DNA of 64,000 bases from a virus (lineage: Duplodnaviria > Caudoviricetes): IMG/VR virus record IMGVR_UViG_3300021978_000001, positions 373,491-437,490 of that record. The stretch is one strand, 5' to 3'. The notes beneath the pieces were generated by a model. The model saw only the letters and a program-made list of their open reading frames with translations, made no database searches and had not been told where the DNA came from. A program made the position numbers and the translations under genes. Of the stretch, positions 54,743-64,000 are shown one piece after another; the stretch's first letter is position 1; each line of letters starts with the position of its first letter.

Positions 54743-57700
54743 GTGTATAAGGGTACCTACCAACCAAATCGAAAGCCGGTCATCTCGACCGCGCCAGATT
54801 GCCTGGTGTTCATCAACGGCGAGACCTCTCTGCCGTCAGGTGCCAACCCGAACAGGCGTGTCCCCGTGCAGCCGTTGATCACGGCGGTCAATGTCAATGT
54901 GGGGGTCAACTCGGTGCCTGGGAGTGCGTCGATCAACATGCACATCCCCAATCACTACCTCGATGACCTGTACATTGGTGATCAGCTCACGCTCACCACC
55001 ATGATGGAAGTGCAGGTGTACGCCAAGGGGCACTTCACGGTTGGCGGGGCGCCGCGTTACTACCCACTCTTCTGGGGCGTGATCACGAGCCTGGATGAAG
55101 GCTATGCCGCAGGGGAACAAACGGTCAGCCTCTCTTGCGCGGACATCCTGTACTGGTGGCAAGTCTCCCAGATCAACATCAACCCCTCTTACCTCGCAAC
55201 CCAGGTGGACCAAACGCAGCAGCTCGCCTTGCGTGGTCACACATTCACGGGCATGAACGCGTTCGACATCATCTACAGCCTGTCGCGCTACGTGTATGGG
55301 GACTCGATGAACGTGAGGAACCAGGCGGTCGATAACCGGCAGTTCCGCTCCGAGCCTATCTCGGGGGCAGAGCGCAAGCGCATGATGGCCTACTGGACCC
55401 TGAAGTGGGGTCGGATCACCCAGAACCTCAAGATGTTTGGCCCGAGCGGTCAGGTCTTGCAAGGGGGACAGCTCGCGGGTGTCTTGACGGGGGAGAACCG
55501 GGACTTCTTCCTGCGACAGCGTGCAGGCTCCTCGAAGCGAACCAAGCTCAAGGACTTCGAGCCTTTCAAGCAGGATTTCTTTGACCCCGCGTCGATCTCC
55601 CCCTTCACGCAGTCCTTGAGCCAGCTCGGGTCGATCGAGATCGAGAACAGTGAGTTTGAAACGAAGCTCAACCTCGCGCTCCAAGCCAAGGAAGCGATCG
55701 GGTATGAGTTTTACATGGATGTCACAGGGGAGATTATCTTCAAGCCGCCGTTCTATAACATGGACGTGCGCCCGAACTTCCCTGTATCCTGGATTCGGGA
55801 TGTCGATGTGATCAACTGGAACTTCGCGGAGAACCCCCCGGAAGCCACGTACATCGAAGCCACGGGTCGCTACACGCAGAACGTCGAGTTGGCCTTGAAC
55901 TCGCTCGTGCAGACCAAGGCGACCTACGTGGATTATCGCCTGGTGCAGAAGTTTGGCTGGCGCCCCGGTTCATTCTCGTCCGAGTTTATCGGTTCCGAGG
56001 AAAACGGCGGCCCCAAGGCGCTCTTCTATCACCTCGTGGATGTCCTCGATCGGCAAAACGCACGCGTCAACGCGGGGACTGTCGTAATTCCGTTCCGGCC
56101 CGAGCTGCGCCTCGGGTATCCTGTGTACCTTGAAGGGAAGGATGCCTATTACTACATCGAAGGTATCTCGCACTCGTTCTCGTATGGTTCGCGTTGCACC
56201 ACGACCCTGACCTTGATGGCGCGTCGCAACAAGTTTCGTGGTGCTTTCGAGCGCTGGCGCCAGGAGCAAGCCGAACCCAAGCCAGGAGACATCGCGCTTC
56301 CAGGAGATTTTACACGAGACATCTCCGCGCGCCCCCGCGATGTCCAGGGACGCCCTCTCGGAGACCGCAACGTGATCATGACCTACATCCCCGAGCAGGA
56401 CTTCTCACGCTTCGCGGGGGTGGTCCCCACGTTCAAGGATGATGCTACCGATGCAGATCGTCGCTTGCGCAACCTGGTCGATTTGCGGAGTCAGTTCGGG
56501 AACGTCACCGATAACCGTTACGTGTATGCCATCGACCCCAACCGTGATCAGGCATATGCTGCGACCGAAGAGAACAACCGTCAACGTGGTCCGATCACGC
56601 ATATCGAAGCGGACCCGAAGATCCAGCTCGCAGCGGTTGGGGTCAATGAAGACGGTAGCGAGCAGACCGAAACGGTCAATGTCAACGCGGTCGTGTTTCC
56701 CATCTCCGATGAGGCAGGCTATGAGGTCGTGGGGTCCTATGAGTATGGGCGTCGTGTCGCGGCGACCACCACGGGGTACCGCTTTGACCGCACACAGGAT
56801 GATGTGGCAGTCGAGCTTCTCTTGAACCTCGCGCCCGAGAGCAACAATCACGCGGGCCAGGAGAGCCCGAACATCAACGCGCGTAACGGCAACGCCAACG
56901 TGGCGTCCGCTTACGAGGCAGATCTCGCAGATAAGACCTTGCAGCTCGACCCGAACAACTATGGGCGTCGTCTCTCCGAGATCGCCCCTCCTGATGTTTC
57001 CAGTGATCCCACGTTCCTCGCGCGCGTCCAGGGAGAGACTGTCAACATCCAGGGCGCCTCTGCGTCCACGCCCGCGACCGCCGCGCCTGACCCCACGTCC
57101 ACCAACAGTGAGACCACCGACCGAGGAGTCGTGCGCAAATCTGCGGGTGGTAAGACGTTCAAGTACAACAGCAACGTCGCCAGGTGGCGCCCCACCATCC
57201 GCCAGGTTCGAGAAGAGCTGGGCTTGAGTGAGGGGGTCTATTCGGATGAGGCCATCCTCGCCGTGATTCATGTGGAATCACGCGGGAACCCCAACGCGAG
57301 GCGCACCAACAAGGATGGCGAGCTGAGTCAGTTTGTGGGCTTGATGCAGATCGGAGAAGCCAACGCCAAGGAGAGCTTCCGGGGGGTCGATACCACGGGT
57401 ACTACCAACGTCAGCTTCCAGGGAGACGGTGAGGCCAGCATCCGTCACTTCTTGCGCTATGCGGACAAGTTCAAGGCGCTTCATGATAACGACCCTGAGA
57501 AGGTCGCCATCCTGTGGAAAGGGGGGCCGGGGACCCTGGAGCGCTACAACACCTTCCTCGCGACCAATCCGACCGCGCAGGAGCAGCAAGAGTGGCTCGA
57601 TGAGTACCCCAGGCAATACAAGCCTGACAAGGCTCCATGGCGCCTCGGTGAGTATGTGTCGAGGGAGGAGGCCGCGCGTGAGGTGTGGGTATCGGCGCTC

Positions 57701-58480
57701 GATCCGGTAGGCCCTACGGACATGCTCGACGATGGAAACCCTGCGGTGAAGGAAGAGGCCGTGCTCGGGGGTGATGAGGCCAATGACCCGGCGATGCGAG
57801 ACCAGATCAACGAGGTGGGTATCCCGGACTTCATCCTGGACCCCGACCCAGGACGCGTCCAGCGCTTTGCAGAGATCCTGGAAGCCAACAGCGGCGCCAG
57901 GAGCTTGCCTGCTGGCGTGACCCCTCCACGTGATCCTGGTGTGACCGAGGCGCTCAACAAGTTCTTGTTGCGTATCTATGCACAGGATTTCCAGACAGGG
58001 CGCGCGCGGGAACGTCGCTTGCGGGGGGAGGACCGTGTGGTCCAACCGCCACCTCCTGTGACCCCTGTCTTTGGAGCCGAGACCCCTGTGGTGCTCCCCA
58101 TCGAAGCGACAACACAAGGGTCCCTCGCTCGTGATGAGATCACGGACCGCCTGGCCAATGGGGAAACACTCGGGCAAATTCTCGGGACCGAGATTCGTAC
58201 CGCGACCGAGGATGAGCGCTTGCGCCTCGATCGCGCACAGCGTGACCTGGATGATGCGCTCGCGCGTGTCTCGGGTCGCGAGCCTGAAGTCAATGATGCG
58301 AGGCTCGGGCGGGGAGAGAACCTCTCTGCGCTCACAGGGGAGAGCGTGACCGAAAGCGTGACCACGGCAACAGGGCTCACAGAGGAAGACCAGACGCGCA
58401 TCGCTCAAGGCGAAGGTGACCTCGATGAGACCACGAGCTTGCTCGATGAGCTTCGTACCCTGCTGTCCCTGGATGAGTAA
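54743..58480 (+). CDS. baseplate hub / tail protein with lytic transglycosylase (SLT) domain
   Basis: N-terminal hub-like regions (PELRLGYPVY, YYIEGISHSF...CTTTLTL); AVIHVESRGNPNA...GLMQI SLT motif near 57250-57360. Confidence 0.8.
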   Translation: MYKGTYQPNRKPVISTAPDCLVFINGETSLPSGANPNRRVPVQPLITAVNVNVGVNSVPGSASINMHIPNHYLDDLYIGDQLTLTTMMEVQVYAKGHFTVGGAPRYYPLFWGVITSLDEGYAAGEQTVSLSCADILYWWQVSQININPSYLATQVDQTQQLALRGHTFTGMNAFDIIYSLSRYVYGDSMNVRNQAVDNRQFRSEPISGAERKRMMAYWTLKWGRITQNLKMFGPSGQVLQGGQLAGVLTGENRDFFLRQRAGSSKRTKLKDFEPFKQDFFDPASISPFTQSLSQLGSIEIENSEFETKLNLALQAKEAIGYEFYMDVTGEIIFKPPFYNMDVRPNFPVSWIRDVDVINWNFAENPPEATYIEATGRYTQNVELALNSLVQTKATYVDYRLVQKFGWRPGSFSSEFIGSEENGGPKALFYHLVDVLDRQNARVNAGTVVIPFRPELRLGYPVYLEGKDAYYYIEGISHSFSYGSRCTTTLTLMARRNKFRGAFERWRQEQAEPKPGDIALPGDFTRDISARPRDVQGRPLGDRNVIMTYIPEQDFSRFAGVVPTFKDDATDADRRLRNLVDLRSQFGNVTDNRYVYAIDPNRDQAYAATEENNRQRGPITHIEADPKIQLAAVGVNEDGSEQTETVNVNAVVFPISDEAGYEVVGSYEYGRRVAATTTGYRFDRTQDDVAVELLLNLAPESNNHAGQESPNINARNGNANVASAYEADLADKTLQLDPNNYGRRLSEIAPPDVSSDPTFLARVQGETVNIQGASASTPATAAPDPTSTNSETTDRGVVRKSAGGKTFKYNSNVARWRPTIRQVREELGLSEGVYSDEAILAVIHVESRGNPNARRTNKDGELSQFVGLMQIGEANAKESFRGVDTTGTTNVSFQGDGEASIRHFLRYADKFKALHDNDPEKVAILWKGGPGTLERYNTFLATNPTAQEQQEWLDEYPRQYKPDKAPWRLGEYVSREEAAREVWVSALDPVGPTDMLDDGNPAVKEEAVLGGDEANDPAMRDQINEVGIPDFILDPDPGRVQRFAEILEANSGARSLPAGVTPPRDPGVTEALNKFLLRIYAQDFQTGRARERRLRGEDRVVQPPPPVTPVFGAETPVVLPIEATTQGSLARDEITDRLANGETLGQILGTEIRTATEDERLRLDRAQRDLDDALARVSGREPEVNDARLGRGENLSALTGESVTESVTTATGLTEEDQTRIAQGEGDLDETTSLLDELRTLLSLDE

Positions 58481-58484
58481 AGTC

Positions 58485-58514
58485 TTTACGGGTAGGCTTC
58501 CTTGTGGTAGCAGT
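58485..58514 (+). promoter_or_regulatory. recurrent phage promoter class I
   Basis: TTTACG-N17(...CCTTGTGG)-TAGCAGT. Confidence 0.8.
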
Positions 58515-58550
58515 GGGTGTACGATAAACCAAACCACAAGGAGAACGACC

Positions 58551-58940
58551 ATGACGACGCAAATCACACCAGGCATCTACAAGCTCACGCAAGACATCAA
58601 GAACCCAAACAGAGACCGCCGCCTGAAGTACGATTGGAACAAGGGCGAGTTCAAGGAAGGCATGCTGTTCAAGGTCACTGAGGAAAGGGTTGGGACGTTG
58701 CGTTTCCTTCGCATCATGAGGGCGGACACGTACCATGACGTGCCCTTCGAGTGGAATCACCCTCTCCGAGGCTACCTCGAACCCATCACCGACCCATCAT
58801 GGGCTGCTGTGCTTTACGCGCGACACGTCGGACTCTTGGCGTGTTGTGGGGAGGTCATCGACCTTCTCATCGAGCGCGGTGTCCTGACGAGTGAGCAATT
58901 TATCAGCGCCTATGAAGAGGTGTTGAACCGCGATTGCTAA
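58551..58940 (+). CDS. hypothetical protein
   Basis: AAGGAG RBS before ATG 58551. Confidence 0.7.
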   Translation: MTTQITPGIYKLTQDIKNPNRDRRLKYDWNKGEFKEGMLFKVTEERVGTLRFLRIMRADTYHDVPFEWNHPLRGYLEPITDPSWAAVLYARHVGLLACCGEVIDLLIERGVLTSEQFISAYEEVLNRDC

Positions 58941-58968
58941 TCTCTGGCTCGACATGCTACTTTGTAGG

Positions 58969-58995
58969 AGACCATAAGAAAAGCTCTTATGGTCT
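58969..58995. terminator. 11-bp hairpin, possible terminator/operator
   Basis: AGACCATAAGA-AAAGC-TCTTATGGTCT, intergenic. Confidence 0.5.
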
Positions 58996-59025
58996 TCCTT
59001 ATGTGGTACGTTCGAGAGGTATACA

Positions 59026-59268
59026 ATGTCATCGGAAAACCTGAATGAGTGGTACTTTCATTATCTGAGCGGCAACAAGATGTGGAGTTGTATCGGGTAC
59101 TTCGGGATGCTTCTCATGTTCTTGCTGGTGGATGAGTACGTCACCCAGTTGCAATGGGCGGTGGACATCACGGAGCTTGTCTCGCTGTACAGGGTATCTT
59201 TTTTTGTGCTCGGTATGGTCGGAGCCCTCGTGCTCTGGCATCTCTTGTTCACGTATGCCGAGGAGTAA
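59026..59268 (+). CDS. small 2-TM membrane protein
   Basis: GAGG RBS; two hydrophobic segments. Confidence 0.6.
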   Translation: MSSENLNEWYFHYLSGNKMWSCIGYFGMLLMFLLVDEYVTQLQWAVDITELVSLYRVSFFVLGMVGALVLWHLLFTYAEE

Positions 59269-59287
59269 TGACCTTTAGGAGTATGTT

Positions 59288-61453
59288 ATGGCGAAGCGAT
59301 ACGGACCAGTAAGACCGATGGGGGAGAAGCCCTTGCGCGCGGGGATGCCCGGGCACAAGGGACCCTTGCGTTTTTCCTTGCGTGTGGGTGAGATAAAGCG
59401 CGTGGATAACGAGAGCATGGTGTGTGACATCGCGTGGCTTCAGGGGCGCTTCCCTGACTCGCTCGAAGTCCCCCTGACCTCACCCTACTGGTCCCCGCGA
59501 GGCTTCATGGGCGTCATGCCCGAAGAGGGCGCCCTCGTGATCTGTGGCTTCTCTGCGGTGCACGGGACACAGGGATCACGCCCCTACATCCTGTCTTTCT
59601 TGCCGAGCGGTTATCGCACCGCGCTGGGTTTCCAACCCTTCGGGCTCGCAGAACGTAACGCACCCGAACTCAACGCACCGCTCGAAGACGTCCAGCGCGA
59701 GCTTGACGGGCAGTATGGCCCCACCCGCTTCAAGTACCGTAAGCTCTACTCGGGGGATGCGTATATCAGCTCGCCTCATGGGGGAGAACTGATCGTCAAT
59801 CGAGATGTGCATGCGTTCGATGCATCGGGAGGGGAGCTGTGGCTTCGCGGGGAAGACAGCTCCCTGACCATGACCACGCTCGACCATTACTTGACCACAG
59901 GCGCGGGGCGCACGAGGCACGGAAGGATCACGCGCTCTGCCCTGACTCTTCCCGCCGATGTGACGATCGGAGAGAATGGACGCATCCCTCTCGACAGCCC
60001 CTTGTTCAAGTTGTTCCTCGATGCGGGCGTGGTGTTCGCAGATGGTTCGCTCGCACCCGACATCAACGCGCTCCCCTTCCTGACCCTGGAGAGTGGCGAG
60101 CGTCTCTCTCTGATCACCGAGAATGGCCTCGATCCTGCGCGCCCGGATGCGCGAGTGTATACAGAGAGCCGTCAAGAGATCCAGGAGTTCTCCGACCAGA
60201 TGCTCGGACAGCCGGATCATTATGGTCTCGATACCGACCTCCTCTCTCCCGAGACCAGGTTCACGCCCTTTATCGAGAGCGTCAAGGGAACGCTTGTGGG
60301 TAACGACCCCTACACTCTGAGAGGGCGCCGTCAGTATGGGCAGCTCTTGCGCCCCAAGGTGTTCGACTCCCCCACGGCCACGACAGGCAACCCGGGGCTC
60401 TCGCTCGTGGATAACGACGCCGAAGAGACCGAGCAATCCCTTGTGGGGGCGGGGTTGTATCGCATGCGTCGTCCCGATGGTCTGGGAGAGCTGTTTGTGG
60501 CACACGACAAGGAAGGGCATGTGTTCCTTTCTATCCCGGGGTCGTCCTCGAAGCCCTCGAACCTCGGGGGCAACCGTAGCGTCGAGGCAGACCTCAAGGG
60601 TTCACTCAAGGTGGTGCTCGGGGCAAACACCAATGATACACAATCCATGGATCTCTTCGCGCGTGGCGGTTTCTTGTGGTCGCTCGGTACGCTGGCATCA
60701 TCGCGTCGCTCCCTGGACATGCGCATGCAAGGCGGTGTGCACCTCAAGGTCCAGCGTCCCGATGTCAACGGGTACGCATACAAGGCAGTGCTTGTAGGGG
60801 ATATGGGACATGCGATTGATGGTTCTCTTGGCTTGACGATCACAGGAGATCGGCTCGAAGAGACGCAAGGCTTGCACGAGATGAACGCGGAAGCTGTCAG
60901 CTCGAACATCGGCGCGGGCGGAAAGACCGAGACCGTTCAGGGAGACAGGCAGTCGGTGATCACAGGGAGCGAGCAGCTCAAAATCAACCAGGGGCGCGAC
61001 GTCACGATCACGTCTCCCGGACCGACAAGTCCACACGCGGACAGGCTTGAGATCCTGACGGGAACACGCCTGCAAACCTTCGCGGCACCCACCACAGACA
61101 CCATCCGTTATCAATCCGCAGCTACACGGCGCATCCAGGCGACGGGCGCATTGAGCGCGTCCTGGTCCTCGGGCGGTGTGGGGTCGTACAGCTTTTCAGC
61201 CACAGCGGGGACCTTCTCGGTGAACATGGGGACCGGCGCCATCTCGATGAATACGTCGGGTGCGGTCTCGATCACCGCTGGCGCCGCGATCTCCTTGACA
61301 GCAGCGACCATCAACCTTACGGGAAGTGTGGGCCTCGGTGCGGGCGCCGCAGCTCCGAACGCGGTCGTGGGTGGTGTGCCTGGCCCGAGTCCCTATATCG
61401 ACCCTATTTCGGGTATTCCCGCGACAGGGAACCCGCTCGTGAGGACTGTGTAA
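59288..61453 (+). CDS. baseplate central spike (gp5/VgrG-like)
   Basis: OB-fold-like N-terminus (RVGEIKRVD...EVPL...MPEEG..VICGF); C-terminal beta-strand repeats (ETVQGDRQSVITGSEQLKINQGRDVTI). Confidence 0.75.
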   Translation: MAKRYGPVRPMGEKPLRAGMPGHKGPLRFSLRVGEIKRVDNESMVCDIAWLQGRFPDSLEVPLTSPYWSPRGFMGVMPEEGALVICGFSAVHGTQGSRPYILSFLPSGYRTALGFQPFGLAERNAPELNAPLEDVQRELDGQYGPTRFKYRKLYSGDAYISSPHGGELIVNRDVHAFDASGGELWLRGEDSSLTMTTLDHYLTTGAGRTRHGRITRSALTLPADVTIGENGRIPLDSPLFKLFLDAGVVFADGSLAPDINALPFLTLESGERLSLITENGLDPARPDARVYTESRQEIQEFSDQMLGQPDHYGLDTDLLSPETRFTPFIESVKGTLVGNDPYTLRGRRQYGQLLRPKVFDSPTATTGNPGLSLVDNDAEETEQSLVGAGLYRMRRPDGLGELFVAHDKEGHVFLSIPGSSSKPSNLGGNRSVEADLKGSLKVVLGANTNDTQSMDLFARGGFLWSLGTLASSRRSLDMRMQGGVHLKVQRPDVNGYAYKAVLVGDMGHAIDGSLGLTITGDRLEETQGLHEMNAEAVSSNIGAGGKTETVQGDRQSVITGSEQLKINQGRDVTITSPGPTSPHADRLEILTGTRLQTFAAPTTDTIRYQSAATRRIQATGALSASWSSGGVGSYSFSATAGTFSVNMGTGAISMNTSGAVSITAGAAISLTAATINLTGSVGLGAGAAAPNAVVGGVPGPSPYIDPISGIPATGNPLVRTV

Positions 61454-62040
61454 TGCCTGTGACTGTTGTCAACCTCACCCCAGCCTTGATCAGCGCGCTC
61501 ACGGGAGCAGGAGTAAAGGGGACGCGCGCGCCCGCGCTCGCAGCAGGAATCGCGCAGGCTATCCCGAGCGCACTACGTGTTGCGCGCGTGCAGACGGTCG
61601 CCACAGGTGTTACAGGTGTAGGTATCGGTACTGGTAAGATCACGCTCGACCCTGTAGCGGGAACCGCGCTGCTTTCTGCGGCATTGACCGCGAATGGACT
61701 GGTGGGGTTCTTGACGCCGCGTCTTGCTTCTGGTATCATTCAGGGACTTGCGAGCGTGCTCAACACACAGGCGCTCGTGAGCACCACAGTCGCGGGGATC
61801 GGAGCTGGTACGGAAAAAGGACGTCTGTTTGCAGTGACACCCGCGACCTTGACACCTCTGTTTCTATCTGGGTTGACGGGCGTGGGTTTCCTCGGTGCCC
61901 GCGCACCCGCGCTCGCAGCAGCCCTGGGTCAAGGGATCTCGACCTGGCTCGGGACTGGCATCATCACGACCGCGATTGTCGGTACGCCTACCGTGCCTCC
62001 CGTGGCCGGGGCTGGCCCCGGAGTCGGTATTATTTTTTGA
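61453..62040 (+). CDS. putative spike-associated baseplate protein (Gly/Ala/Thr-rich)
   Basis: TAATG overlap with spike gene; GVGIGTG repeats. Confidence 0.55.
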   Translation: MPVTVVNLTPALISALTGAGVKGTRAPALAAGIAQAIPSALRVARVQTVATGVTGVGIGTGKITLDPVAGTALLSAALTANGLVGFLTPRLASGIIQGLASVLNTQALVSTTVAGIGAGTEKGRLFAVTPATLTPLFLSGLTGVGFLGARAPALAAALGQGISTWLGTGIITTAIVGTPTVPPVAGAGPGVGIIF

Positions 62041-62047
62041 GAAAGTT

Positions 62048-62077
62048 TTTACACTATACAACCCTTGTGGTATCAGC
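62048..62077 (+). promoter_or_regulatory. recurrent phage promoter class I
   Basis: TTTACA-N17(...CCTTGTGG)-TATCAGC. Confidence 0.8.
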
Positions 62078-62138
62078 ACGTGTACGGAACGAGAGACGAA
62101 CACAGACTGACAAGACGCTGACGAAGATGAGGGATGAC

Positions 62139-62636
62139 ATGACCAAGCAACTCAAAATGAAGCTCACTCCAGCACAGTCCGACTTCCTGACCGATGTGGT
62201 CAACCTTCACCTCGATGGTGAGGCCAAGGCAGCGCTGACCGTCAAGAAGAGTGTCCTGGTCCTCTCCGCAGACTGCGACCAGTACGCGGTCCTCAAGCAA
62301 CTCTCTCGGCAAATGCTCGACTGGTACGAGTACCTGAGCTTCGAGTATGACAACCCTGAAAGCGACCACAACGAAGCGCAGCGTGCCTTCGCGGTGCGTA
62401 GCCTGGAGAAGAGCGCAGACGCGATGTTCGCCAAGCTCGAAGCGTTGGAGATGCAAACCGAGCAGGGCATGGACAACGTGGTCAAGAGCTTGACCGCTTT
62501 CGCGAGCGCCGCACAGCTCGAAGCAGCCTGTGAGCACTACACCCCAACCCTGCGTGTGAATGAGGAGAACGCTCGCCACATGCATCACCTCCACGCCTGG
62601 ATGGATCGCAAAGAGCTTGCCTACTGCGCAGTGTAA
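62139..62636 (+). CDS. hypothetical protein
   Basis: GAGGG RBS; first gene after promoter. Confidence 0.65.
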   Translation: MTKQLKMKLTPAQSDFLTDVVNLHLDGEAKAALTVKKSVLVLSADCDQYAVLKQLSRQMLDWYEYLSFEYDNPESDHNEAQRAFAVRSLEKSADAMFAKLEALEMQTEQGMDNVVKSLTAFASAAQLEAACEHYTPTLRVNEENARHMHHLHAWMDRKELAYCAV

Positions 62637-62683
62637 AGCGCAGTGTGACGCGATCCATGAAGGGCTTTCCTTCGAGAGCAATC

Positions 62684-63364
62684 ATGTCTGACCTTGATTT
62701 CATCTATCCGTACAGCACGACCCCCGAGCTTCCTGATACGGTCGAACCTTACGACTCGCATCGAAAGGAAGGCCCCTGGGAGGTTCCTTTGACTCGGGAC
62801 CCCTGGGAGTACCAACCGTATACGCCGTACCAACCGTATATACCGCCGTGTACGGAGCCTTTGACGATCCCTTCAACGCCGCGCGAGTCTGCTCCCATGT
62901 ATTCACCGCTCTTTCCAACGCCTCGCGTCCCCTGGGATCACCCGGCGAAGATCTTCGAGCACACCCCAGAAGAGATCCTCGAAGCCTTCAAGCAGGCAGA
63001 AGCAGCGAAAGAAGCGGCCAAAGAGACTGCGAAAGAAGAGGCGAAGAAAGTGAGCGACTGCACCGACGAGGAACCGAGCGCGCTCGAACCGAACGGACCC
63101 CTGGACTGTCTGGTGTCCCTCTCGCGTCATGAGTACACGTGGGAAGGGGATAACCCGGGAGTTTTCTACTACCTTCGCTTCGAGTTTGCGCACGGAGAGG
63201 TCCGGTACTACCCCTTGCACAAGTTCAAGGGTGCGGTGATCGAAGGGGGTGATGATTGGGTCCGCGTGCGCTTCGCGACAGACATCGAAGACATCGACGC
63301 CCTGTTCGACAGTGCCAATAAAAACGAGCTTGGCGCTGACGGTCTCATGAAGCTGTTGTCATGA
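62684..63364 (+). CDS. hypothetical protein with Pro/Tyr-rich N-terminus
   Basis: YQPYTPYQPYIP 18-bp internal repeat at about 62809-62844. Confidence 0.6.
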   Translation: MSDLDFIYPYSTTPELPDTVEPYDSHRKEGPWEVPLTRDPWEYQPYTPYQPYIPPCTEPLTIPSTPRESAPMYSPLFPTPRVPWDHPAKIFEHTPEEILEAFKQAEAAKEAAKETAKEEAKKVSDCTDEEPSALEPNGPLDCLVSLSRHEYTWEGDNPGVFYYLRFEFAHGEVRYYPLHKFKGAVIEGGDDWVRVRFATDIEDIDALFDSANKNELGADGLMKLLS

Positions 63365-63861
63365 GCGACCTTACCCTGGGGGAGCTGTTCGCTCTCACGG
63401 AAGACGAACCTTCCGATGAGAAACGCGTCGAGGATCGCGAGCCGCCTACACGATTGGGTGTGGTGGGGTCGCGCGATTGGCCTGAGCCCGAGTTCGTGGC
63501 GCGTGAGGTCTTGAAGCTCTTTCAGCAGTTTCCCACACTCGACACCATCGTCTCGGGCGGCCAACCCAAAGGGGTGGATGGGATCGCCAAGCGCTTGGCA
63601 TTGCATTTCGGGTATGACTACATCGAACATGCCCCCGCGCACCAGCTCTCGCGTGATCACCCTCGATATGCTCCTTATCATGTGCGCAATTATCACGAGC
63701 GCAACGGTCTCATTGTCCGAGACTCGGATATGCTCGTGGCATTTCGATACCTGGGCTCGACAGGTACGACCTCGACGATCACGCAAGCGCGTCATGCCTT
63801 GCCTGATGCGTGGGTCTTCGTGCATGACTGGCCCTTACCTGGAACTACAGGAGAACCATGA
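63361..63861 (+). CDS. SLOG-family protein (DUF2493/YspA-like)
   Basis: LGVVGSRDW, IVSGG..KGVD.IA, RNGLIV..SD.LVAF....S.GT..TI..A. Confidence 0.85.
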   Translation: MSDLTLGELFALTEDEPSDEKRVEDREPPTRLGVVGSRDWPEPEFVAREVLKLFQQFPTLDTIVSGGQPKGVDGIAKRLALHFGYDYIEHAPAHQLSRDHPRYAPYHVRNYHERNGLIVRDSDMLVAFRYLGSTGTTSTITQARHALPDAWVFVHDWPLPGTTGEP

Positions 63862-64000
63862 AGCCCGCGATAAGCTACTATGGAGGAAAGCAGCGCCTCG
63901 CCTCAAGGTTGGTGAAACACATCCCACGCCATACGGTGTACGTCGAGCCTTTTGCAGGTGGAGCTGCGGTGTTTTTCAAGAAGCCCTGGCCCGCGATGCA
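63858..64000 (+). CDS. D12-class N6-adenine DNA methyltransferase (5' part only; runs off window)
   Basis: MKPAISYYGGKQRLA...IP.H.VYVEPFAGGAAVFF. Confidence 0.9.
   Translation, partial: MKPAISYYGGKQRLASRLVKHIPRHTVYVEPFAGGAAVFFKKPWPAM

Noticed and set aside
1-64000. tRNA/rRNA genes, introns, inteins, alternative genetic code
   Set aside because: No T-loop/anticodon-arm structures in intergenic gaps; conserved genes (thyA, topoisomerase, TMP, hub) are uninterrupted under the standard code.

Overview
This 64-kb window looks like part of a GC-rich jumbo phage genome with a contractile tail. The host may be a deltaproteobacterial or myxobacterial predator, but that is a weak inference. It contains nucleotide and DNA metabolism genes (thyA, DHFR, dTMP-kinase-like, nucleoside deoxyribosyltransferase-like, a GyrA/ParC subunit, a partial Dam-like methylase), a minus-strand virion fibre/decoration operon, putative internal-head proteins and tail morphogenesis genes (tube, chaperones, tape measure, baseplate hub with SLT domain, gp5-like spike). 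Accessory islands split the tail genes, and most begin with a conserved promoter, TTTAC(A/G)-N17-TA. The most striking feature is at 31.4-35.3 kb: three minus-strand type I-E CRISPR cassettes with no cas gene in the window. They are a solitary repeat closed by an intrinsic terminator exactly 32 nt downstream, a 4-repeat array and an 8-repeat array. All three are driven by a copy of the same TTGACA-N18-TACCYT promoter. Both arrays read directly into small unknown ORFs. In one, the 8-nt handle of the terminal repeat is replaced by that ORF's Shine-Dalgarno sequence. Other notable items are a 9-gene tandem family of divergent aromatic-rich paralogs, a 43-aa prepilin mimic, a degenerate Tpt1/KptA, a putative ADP-ribosyltransferase domain in a virion-type protein and a chain of domain-swapped fibre genes. 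All calls are by-eye motif recognition; no database searches were run.
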